From positions 1 to 47,518 of the forward strand of contig JAOZQG010000005.1 in NCBI GenBank assembly GCA_029932365.1: a stretch of 47,518 nt of DNA, in the 5' to 3' direction. The number at the start of each line of letters is the position of its first letter. Position 1 is the first letter of the stretch. This document shows positions 33,804 to 40,694 of this stretch, one piece after another. Below the pieces are notes generated by a model. The model searched no databases. It was not told the DNA's origin and saw only the letters and a list, made by a program, of their open reading frames with translations. Position numbers and translations under genes: made by a program. The DNA is from a bacterium. Its GTDB lineage: Bacteria; 4484-113.

Positions 33804-35585
33804 CTACCCCAGGAATATAACCAGCAGGCGGCCTTTCCCCACGTCCTCGCGCTTGTCGCCGGTGAAGTCCACTGACAGCAGGTTCAGGCCTTCCCTCTGA
33901 GCCAGAGCTAGCAGCTCCGCCAGCCGCTCATCGTGGGTTTCGGGCGCGAACTCGAGCACTAGTGCCTGTTCCTGGCGCGGGTCAATCTCGTAGCCCATAA
34001 CGCCCATGCCTCCGGGCATACCAGGGCCTACGCCACCGCCCCCGCCGCCAGAGCCGCCTCCGCGGCCACCGCCACCGCCTTGACCGCCCTGGCCGCCGCC
34101 CCTGCCACCGCCACCGCCGCCGCCGCCAAAGCCGCCACCGCCGGCATAGCGGTTCTGGTAGACCCACCAGCCCTTCTCGCGCGAGGGCAGCAGGTCCATA
34201 TTGTCCAGGATGTTGTAGAGCTCAACCGGGTCGGCATAGTGAAGCTGGTAGAGGTCGATTTCGTTGGCGCCAGCGATTTCCTGCTCAATGCGCTCCTTAC
34301 TGCTTACCAGGACGACCGGCTTAGTGAAATCTGTTTCCGGCGTACTGAATACAAGATAATCCAAGTTATGCGCCTCCAGGATTATCTGGAGGGCGAGGTC
34401 GAACGGGACATTTTCGAAGTTGCCTATGACGGTGTTGGTCGCGCCGTGCAGGTCCATCGCGTCGAACTGGCCGGCCTCGCGGAAGCCCTGCGCGCCATCT
34501 TCACCTTCTCCGCCGCCGGGAGGCTCAAGCTTGCTGGGACGTATGCTTCCCGTGGGTTCGTCCACCAGGTAGGGATCAATGATGATGCTGACGCCAGCCA
34601 TTCGTGAAAGCAACATCAGGGTCTTGTAGAAGTTGTAACCCGACGTGGCAGGCAGATTCACCAGCACGTCCGACAGCTGGTGTTTAAGGTGCTGGTAGGC
34701 AAACGGCTCACGCGGCTCTTCCGCCTTCAGGCGCGGATAATCACTGTCGCCCTCCGCACCGTCGGCCACTGTTTCAAGCCGCTGCGTGCGCTCCGTTTTG
34801 GCGCTCATAGTCCGCGCGGTTGAGCGAAAGCGTGTCGTGCGAAGGTAGCTGCGTACATCAGCGATATCGCCTGGTGAGCCTATGAATACAACCTCTGAAA
34901 TGGCTCCTTCCTGTAGCGCGGCGCGAAGTCCGTATTCCCCCTGGTCGCTGGAAATCACTCCCGCGTCATCTGCGATTATGGTCAGCTGCGTATCTAGCGA
35001 AAGTATTTCCTTGCCCTGCATCTGAGCAAGCGCTTGCTTCGCAGCCGATTTAACCGTTACGCTCTGATCCGGCTTCAGCACCGCGGGCTCCTCCGGCTCA
35101 GTCGCAGCGGGCTCCTCCACAAGACCTGAGAGCATTCCTTCAAGGTCGCGCACTTTCGGTTGGTCTTTTTCTTTCACGCCCGGCGAAAACAGCTCCACCA
35201 GCACCACGTGCATCGAGTAGTTGCCGTAACGGAAACTGCGGAGGTTCAGAATATTCGGATCGGTGAGCTGCAGGCGCAGCAGCACGCGGTTTCTGCCTTC
35301 CAGTGGACTTAGCTCCACGGAGGAGAGAAACCGCTGGTTGGCGACGATGTACTTGGGCTCGCTTAATTCTACGTTGCTCAGGGCGATTGTCAGACGGGCT
35401 TCGTCGGTGTCCATGAAGTACCGCGGCGACACGGAGACGCTGCCTGTATGCCGAAGCACCACGACTTCGCGGTCCGCGAAAACCGCGGTCTCCAATCCAG
35501 TGACTTCCGCCGGCCTGGCACCGGCAGCTATTGAGGCCACCGCTATTACAGCAATAAAAGCAAGTAACGATACGGCTCTTCTCAT
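33804..35585 (-). CDS. Secreted PilQ-N-terminal-like protein (AMIN-like, N0/STN-like, N1-like) lacking a secretin barrel, with a 38-aa Gly tract and a small C-terminal domain
   Basis: Signal peptide MRRAVSLLAFIAVIAVASIAAGA. AMIN-like: VTGLETAVFADREVVVLRHTGSVSVSPRYF..RLTIALSNVEL. N0-like: FYKTLMLLSRMAGVSIIIDPYL..VPFDLALQIILEAHNLDYLVF. N1-like: IDLYQLHYADPVELYNILDNMDLLP. No secretin motif. Confidence 0.6.
   Translation of the reverse strand: MRRAVSLLAFIAVIAVASIAAGARPAEVTGLETAVFADREVVVLRHTGSVSVSPRYFMDTDEARLTIALSNVELSEPKYIVANQRFLSSVELSPLEGRNRVLLRLQLTDPNILNLRSFRYGNYSMHVVLVELFSPGVKEKDQPKVRDLEGMLSGLVEEPAATEPEEPAVLKPDQSVTVKSAAKQALAQMQGKEILSLDTQLTIIADDAGVISSDQGEYGLRAALQEGAISEVVFIGSPGDIADVRSYLRTTRFRSTARTMSAKTERTQRLETVADGAEGDSDYPRLKAEEPREPFAYQHLKHQLSDVLVNLPATSGYNFYKTLMLLSRMAGVSIIIDPYLVDEPTGSIRPSKLEPPGGGEGEDGAQGFREAGQFDAMDLHGATNTVIGNFENVPFDLALQIILEAHNLDYLVFSTPETDFTKPVVLVSSKERIEQEIAGANEIDLYQLHYADPVELYNILDNMDLLPSREKGWWVYQNRYAGGGGFGGGGGGGGRGGGQGGQGGGGGRGGGSGGGGGGVGPGMPGGMGVMGYEIDPRQEQALVLEFAPETHDERLAELLALAQREGLNLLSVDFTGDKREDVGKGRLLVIFLG
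34032..34145 (-). repeat. Imperfect GGN triplet tract encoding AGGGGFGGGGGGGGRGGGQGGQGGGGGRGGGSGGGGGG
   Basis: On the + strand this reads as ccaccgcc/gccgccgcc runs. It is in-frame low complexity inside the 593-aa ORF. Confidence 0.8.
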
Positions 35586-35614
35586 CGCATTCCCCTCAAT
35601 ATAGGCTTACAGGT

Positions 35615-35620
35615 ATTATA
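35615..35620 (-). promoter_or_regulatory. -10 hexamer TATAAT for the 593-aa gene, in a divergent promoter gap
   Basis: The minus strand reads aagtataat 29 nt upstream of ATG 35585, with a GAGGGGA SD in between. The + strand TATTAT/TATACT overlaps it and may serve the TPR operon. Confidence 0.35.
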
Positions 35621-35699
35621 CTTAGACGCATACGCTGGTGTCACTGTTCCAGGCTCGTGCTCAGATTGGGGCAGTGTTACCAGAGGGAGATAAACCAAC

Positions 35700-35966
35700 A
35701 TGAGCAGGTGTATACCTTTTCAGGAAATGATCGCGCAAGGGCGACCGGAAGAAGCAGTTATTGGGCTTCTAAAGGAATTCGCGAAGGATCCTGATTACCT
35801 GGGCGCTATCTACAACCTGGGTCTGGCCTTTGACGCAATGGATCGGGGAAACCTCGCGCAACGGACCTACCGGCTGTATTTGGAGCTCGACCCGCAAGGC
35901 TACTGGGCTTCTCAGGCCAAAGCCAAACTGGTAGAATCAGGCGGGGTTACCCGGGAGGAGGAATAA
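35700..35966 (+). CDS. Small TPR-like protein (88 aa)
   Basis: AIYNLGLAFDAMDRGNLAQRTYRLYLELDP is a TPR-type repeat. AGAGGGAGA SD upstream. Confidence 0.55.
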   Translation: MSRCIPFQEMIAQGRPEEAVIGLLKEFAKDPDYLGAIYNLGLAFDAMDRGNLAQRTYRLYLELDPQGYWASQAKAKLVESGGVTREEE

Positions 35967-35969
35967 CCA

Positions 35970-36875
35970 GTGCCCACGAACCGGCAGGCCTTTTTTACAG
36001 CGCTGATAGTAGTCATCGCTGGCCTGATATTCTTATTTGGCTTTTATAATTCGGTGAGCCCGCTCGTCTATCGAAAGGCAGCACCAACCGAACCGATAGG
36101 CTACATCCATCAGCCCGTCAAGTACGGTAACGTGGGGCAGGGTCATTTGATAAGCGCTTTTATCTGGTCGTATCGCAACGCGCTTATCGTCCGCGCCGAA
36201 CTGCATTACCGCGGGAAAGGCGACCCCGCGTTTCAGGGGAAAATGATGGAGCGCGTTGGAACTAGCGTGTACTACGTTGCGGAGATGCCCACCCAGCCGA
36301 AAGGCGAGGTTTTAGAGTACTACATCACAGCAATCGACTCCGGCGGAGCGTCGGTATCCATTCCCGAAAACGCCCCGGAAACCCACCTGCCAACGGTTCG
36401 CTGGAAAAGCCAGGTAAATCTGTGGATAGTATTGCTGCAACTTATCATGCTCATCGGGGCCGGCATTTACCTGTTGCACGCCCTTTACTACGCGCTGATG
36501 CTGGTGTTCGGCGGGATGGGCGACCTGGCGCAGAAGGCGACGGCCAGCCGGGCTCACGCGGCGATGCGCTGGGGCTGGCTCGCTTTGCTCATCGGCGGCG
36601 TCCCGCTGGCAATCTACATCACCGGTGTTTCGTTCGGCTGGCAGGAAGCCTGGGGCCCCTGGCCGTTCGGACACAGCCTGAACGACAGCCGCACGCTATA
36701 CCTGCTGTTGTACTTCGGGATTATCCTGCTGCTCAGATGGGACCTCTTTCGCTTCACGCCGACCGCACCCCGAATCCCCAGGTTCTCTAATCGGATTTTT
36801 GGCTGGCTCATATTGCTGGGCTCGCTGCTAACGCTGCTTTCCTACGCAGTGCCGTATGCCAGGGTTTACCGTTAG
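35970..36875 (+). CDS. Integral membrane protein, unknown function (N-terminal anchor, ~120-aa periplasmic domain, about 5 TM helices)
   Basis: GTG start with a GGGAGGAGG SD 9 nt upstream. Hydrophobic segments include LWIVLLQLIMLIGAGIYLL, WLALLIGGVPLAIYITGV, LYLLLYFGIILLL and WLILLGSLLTLL. Confidence 0.6.
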   Translation: MPTNRQAFFTALIVVIAGLIFLFGFYNSVSPLVYRKAAPTEPIGYIHQPVKYGNVGQGHLISAFIWSYRNALIVRAELHYRGKGDPAFQGKMMERVGTSVYYVAEMPTQPKGEVLEYYITAIDSGGASVSIPENAPETHLPTVRWKSQVNLWIVLLQLIMLIGAGIYLLHALYYALMLVFGGMGDLAQKATASRAHAAMRWGWLALLIGGVPLAIYITGVSFGWQEAWGPWPFGHSLNDSRTLYLLLYFGIILLLRWDLFRFTPTAPRIPRFSNRIFGWLILLGSLLTLLSYAVPYARVYR

Positions 36876-36884
36876 GAGGACTGG

Positions 36885-38174
36885 ATGCGCACACCTATCG
36901 CATTTTCCATCCTGGTGGTAGTTCTGATGCTCGCCGCCATACTGCCGCCGCATGTGCTTGCTGAAAAAGGCACCTACATGGCGGAGGTTGTGGATACGCT
37001 GGCGTCACCCGCAATGGACGGACGCGAAACCGGCACTTCGGGGCACTTCCTCGCCGCGAATTTTGTCGCGAGCGAACTGCAAAAGCTGGGCCTGTATCCG
37101 CTCGGAAGCTTACAGGTCGGTGACGAAACCTCCGACTACTTCCACCTTTTCCCGCTTACGTCGGGCAGCATTGAGGAAGACGCCGTAGAAGTCGCAGGGC
37201 GCAATATTGTCGCCTGGCTGCCAGGCAGCGAAAGCGCGGACCCCGCGGATGGCTGCTTCATCCTGTCCGCTCATTACGACCACACAGGGGCTTACACTGA
37301 CGAAAACGCAGAACGGCATTACTTCCCCGGCGCAAACGATAACGCAAGCGGTGTGGCGGTTGTGCTGGAGGTGGCGCGGCGATGCGCCGTTCCGGGACGG
37401 CGGCCACGCAATCCTGTCGTTTTCGTGCTTTTTGACGCAGAAGAGCAAGGACTGATCGGCGCCTGCGACTTCGTGGAAAACCCGCCGGTACCGCTGGACA
37501 ACGCGCTTATCATCAATCTGGATATGGTAGGCGCGCTCGGCAAGCGGGAATTGCTCGTGGCCTGCTCAGCAGAACAAGCCAATACGCATCCTGGCACCTT
37601 TTTCGCACAGCTGAAGGACATTGCCGCTAACGTTGACCTGGACATCAAGCTTATGCGAGAAGGCTGGGAAGCCAGCGACCAGTTAGCCTTTTACGAAAAG
37701 CACGTCCCGTTCATCTTTCTCTTCGGCGGACCCACAGCGGACTACGAGCGCCTGACTGACACTCCCGACAAGCTCGATTACGCTGGCCTGGAACGCATAA
37801 CCGACTTCACCTGGAGGCTGCTGCACGACCTGGCTTCGCCGGCAAGCTACGAATGGGTCGACCTGGGAGAACGGGAGCGTCCCCAGGGAGCCAGACGGGG
37901 ATTCCTCGGCGTTATCCCGGACTTCAGCGCCGAAGTTGACGAAGGCGTGGCTATTACGGGCACCGTTCCCGGCAGTCCGGCGGAAAAGGCCGGTCTGCTG
38001 GAAGACGACGTGATTATCGAAATAGACCGCAGACCAGTGCACAACCTCCAGGCTTTGGCAGACATCCTGCGCGACCTAAAGCCGGGCGATATTGTGGAAG
38101 TCGTGTACCTACGCGATGGCGTCGAACAGCGTATAACCGCACGCATCGCGGAAAAAGGCGAAGAAGAAGCCTAA
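36885..38174 (+). CDS. Secreted M28-family aminopeptidase with a C-terminal PDZ domain
   Basis: M28 metal ligand context SAHYDH..GANDNASGVAVVLEVAR..VFVLFDAEEQGLIGA. PDZ: GVAITGTVPGSPAEKAGLLEDDVIIEIDRRPV. AGGAGG SD upstream. Confidence 0.8.
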   Translation: MRTPIAFSILVVVLMLAAILPPHVLAEKGTYMAEVVDTLASPAMDGRETGTSGHFLAANFVASELQKLGLYPLGSLQVGDETSDYFHLFPLTSGSIEEDAVEVAGRNIVAWLPGSESADPADGCFILSAHYDHTGAYTDENAERHYFPGANDNASGVAVVLEVARRCAVPGRRPRNPVVFVLFDAEEQGLIGACDFVENPPVPLDNALIINLDMVGALGKRELLVACSAEQANTHPGTFFAQLKDIAANVDLDIKLMREGWEASDQLAFYEKHVPFIFLFGGPTADYERLTDTPDKLDYAGLERITDFTWRLLHDLASPASYEWVDLGERERPQGARRGFLGVIPDFSAEVDEGVAITGTVPGSPAEKAGLLEDDVIIEIDRRPVHNLQALADILRDLKPGDIVEVVYLRDGVEQRITARIAEKGEEEA

Positions 38175-38716
38175 ACTCCAACGCGCGCACCGGGAGCGGG
38201 AGCATCTAGGTCTATCTTCGGCAGGTCCTCCAGCGAGGCCAGCCCGAATACCTCCAGGAAACGACCCGTAGTCACGTAAAGGAACGGGCGCCCGGGATGG
38301 TTGCTCCGCCCTTTCACCTTAATTAGACGCCGTTGAAGCAGCGACCGGAGGGGGCTTTCCGAGTTGACCTGCCTGACCTCCTCCACATCCGCCCGGGTTA
38401 CCGGCTGACGGTACGCAACAATCGCCAAAACCTCCATCGCCTGCGGCGTCAGGCCGCTTTCGCGAAGCTCGGTGAAAAATTCGCGCAGCGAGTGGTAAAT
38501 TTCGGGACGCGTCGCCAGCCGGTAGCCGCCGGCAATAAAACTCACCAGCAGGCCGAGCGGTTCCAGCATCCGGTTAGCTTCTTCCGCCGCGACCGCAAGT
38601 TCGTGCGCTTTGCAGCCGAAATGCTCGACCAGCTTCTCGGCGGGCACTACCCGTCCCGCGCGAAAAAGAATCGCCACGAACTCGGCCAGGCGGTTGGATC
38701 CCGGGCTATCCGTCAT
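38171..38716 (-). CDS. scpB: Segregation and condensation protein B
   Basis: LTPQAMEVLAIVAYRQPVTRADVEEVRQVNSESPLRSLLQRRLIKVKGRSNHPGRPFLYVTTGRFLEVFGLASLEDLP. ATG 38716 forms an ATGA overlap with the upstream cyclophilin stop. Confidence 0.88.
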   Translation of the reverse strand: MTDSPGSNRLAEFVAILFRAGRVVPAEKLVEHFGCKAHELAVAAEEANRMLEPLGLLVSFIAGGYRLATRPEIYHSLREFFTELRESGLTPQAMEVLAIVAYRQPVTRADVEEVRQVNSESPLRSLLQRRLIKVKGRSNHPGRPFLYVTTGRFLEVFGLASLEDLPKIDLDAPAPGARVGV

Positions 38717-39309
38717 AGCGCTTTCACCACGTACGCGCGGATTATGGTATCTCCCACTTCGACTGCACGAACGGTCTCCATTCCCCACACGACCTTTCCG
38801 AAAACGGTGAAGTTTTCGTCCAGGCGGCGGTTGTCGCCGAGATTGATGAAGAACTGCGCACCCGCTGAATCCGGAACGTAGGTTTTGGTGTCGGTATCAT
38901 AGAGCTTGGCGAACGATATCGTGCCGGGGTCGTGGTGCGCGTAATTTGTTTCGTCGGGGATACGCATGTCCAACTCCATCCTGTCCTGCTGCTCTTCGGT
39001 GAGCTGGCCCGCCTGCACGACAAAGTCATTTACCACGCGGTGCACAACTATCCCGTCGTAGTAGCCTTCAAGCACCAGCCTGAGGAAGTTGTCCGCTGAA
39101 AGCGGCGCGATCTCCGGATACACTTCGACGAGGAAGCTGCCCTTGTCCGTGTCGACGTTGACGCGCACCGTCTTCATATTTTCGCCGCCCAGTTCCTCCA
39201 CGCCAAGCAGCCTATCGGCGCCGCTCGAAAGCCCCTTAGCCTCCACGACCGCAGGCGCGAATGCAGCAATGGCCATTAATCCCAGCAGAATCCATCTAGC
39301 CCGCATCAT
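38713..39309 (-). CDS. Periplasmic cyclophilin-type peptidyl-prolyl cis-trans isomerase
   Basis: Signal peptide MMRARWILLGLMAIAAFAPAVVEA. Motifs YPEIAPLSADNFLRLV..GYYDGIVVHRVVNDFVVQAG, FFINLGDN..LDENFTVFGKV. GGGAGGAG SD upstream. Confidence 0.88.
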   Translation of the reverse strand: MMRARWILLGLMAIAAFAPAVVEAKGLSSGADRLLGVEELGGENMKTVRVNVDTDKGSFLVEVYPEIAPLSADNFLRLVLEGYYDGIVVHRVVNDFVVQAGQLTEEQQDRMELDMRIPDETNYAHHDPGTISFAKLYDTDTKTYVPDSAGAQFFINLGDNRRLDENFTVFGKVVWGMETVRAVEVGDTIIRAYVVKAL

Positions 39310-40618
39310 CGTTCTCCTCCCGGTATAACGCACTGAGCGTTTCCAGCGCGAGCTCCTCACTGTCGGCGAAGTCCACCAGCCTTATCTCGCTGAGCGTCAC
39401 TTTCAGCTTTGGCGCGACAATCATGGCAAATCCTCCCGGCTCCAGGGGCACTGTATCCACAAAAGGCTCCAGGGCGCGACCATTCAGACCGGGGAAGATG
39501 CGCAGTGTGCCTGCCGCCTCCGGTACGTAGGCCACGCCGATAAGCTGGGGCCGCGAAAAGTCCACCGCAAACGGAATCTCCTGCCATCCGCATAGCGGAG
39601 TCGCCGTGCCGTCCGCGTATTTAAACAGCCGATACGTACCGTCACGCGCGACGATAAAAGCGTAATACGAGGGCTTTTTATCGTGCAGGCTGAAGCGAAA
39701 GGCGATTCCATAGCCGTTTCCCTCCTCGCCTTCGACATCCGTAATGATAGCGCTGAGCAGCCCCGCGCCCGCCACCGGCTCGGCGCGATAGCTCACGGCC
39801 ATAGTGTCGCCCTTCGTGTTATCAATCTCGTAGCGCCCCTCGCGATAGCCAAAGCGCGCTTTTGCGGATTGCCCTTCCAGCCAGCGTTTGCTCGTGAAAT
39901 TGTCGCTGAACACTACAGGCAACTCATGCTCACGGACGAATCCAAAGATACCCGCCTCCTCCATCCTGGCTTCATATTCCTCCTCCCTGACTCGCCAGCG
40001 AAAAGCACGGAAGCGCACTCTCGCTCCCGCCGAAGCGAACATTCCCACACCGCCCTTGTCCAGGGAGAGGTCTCTGAAACTGTCCAGAAGCATCCCGTTG
40101 AGATAAAGCTCGAAGCGCGTGCCCTCGGATATAACCTTGAGCGAGTTACGCCCTGCAGGATTGATTAGCGACGTTTCGGTAAGGGGATAGGCGTAAGTGC
40201 GACGGCTTTCCCGGTTCACCAGCCACACGCAGTAGTAGCCGTCGGGAAATATGGAAAAAAGGTAAAAAGAGGCGCGTCCCGATGGGTCCTCTTGATAATG
40301 AAAGACCAGCCCACCGTATATTTTATCGGATACGATGGAGTCGTAGAATTCCATATCCACCGAAATCGTGTAGTTCTCAAACGCATCCGTAAGGGCGGAA
40401 AGCGAACCGGTGTCGCTTCTCATCGCGTCAATTTCGTAGTACGCATCCTCGCGGTTGTAAGCGAAATCGGTATCGCCGATAGCTCCTTCGTAGAAGTATC
40501 CGGCTTCACCGTCGAAGTCCTCCTGTATGAAAAAAACTTCGGCGGCCCACGCAGCACCCGCCAACGCAAGCACGAGCATAGCGAGGATAGCAATCCGGGA
40601 TATAAGCATCAGCAACAT
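39296..40618 (-). CDS. Secreted hypothetical protein with two tandem jelly-roll-like (DUF1080/LamG-like?) domains
   Basis: Signal peptide ILAMLVLALAGAAWA. Two internally similar halves (..YGGLVFHYQEDPSGRASFYLFSIFPDGYY.. and ..YGIAFRFSLHDKKPSYYAFIVARDGTY..). The fold call is a guess. Confidence 0.55.
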   Translation of the reverse strand: MLLMLISRIAILAMLVLALAGAAWAAEVFFIQEDFDGEAGYFYEGAIGDTDFAYNREDAYYEIDAMRSDTGSLSALTDAFENYTISVDMEFYDSIVSDKIYGGLVFHYQEDPSGRASFYLFSIFPDGYYCVWLVNRESRRTYAYPLTETSLINPAGRNSLKVISEGTRFELYLNGMLLDSFRDLSLDKGGVGMFASAGARVRFRAFRWRVREEEYEARMEEAGIFGFVREHELPVVFSDNFTSKRWLEGQSAKARFGYREGRYEIDNTKGDTMAVSYRAEPVAGAGLLSAIITDVEGEEGNGYGIAFRFSLHDKKPSYYAFIVARDGTYRLFKYADGTATPLCGWQEIPFAVDFSRPQLIGVAYVPEAAGTLRIFPGLNGRALEPFVDTVPLEPGGFAMIVAPKLKVTLSEIRLVDFADSEELALETLSALYREENDDAG

Positions 40619-40664
40619 TGTAAGGCATCTCTAAGCGCAACGGAAGCACAAGTAATGCCGCCTG

Positions 40665-40673
40665 TGTTAAAAT
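40665..40673 (+). promoter_or_regulatory. Extended -10 TGtTAAAAT upstream of the GAF-PP2C gene
   Basis: tgttaaaat ends 21 nt before ATG 40695, with no SD in between. Confidence 0.35.
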
Positions 40674-40694
40674 AAACCAGTTACACGTGCGATT

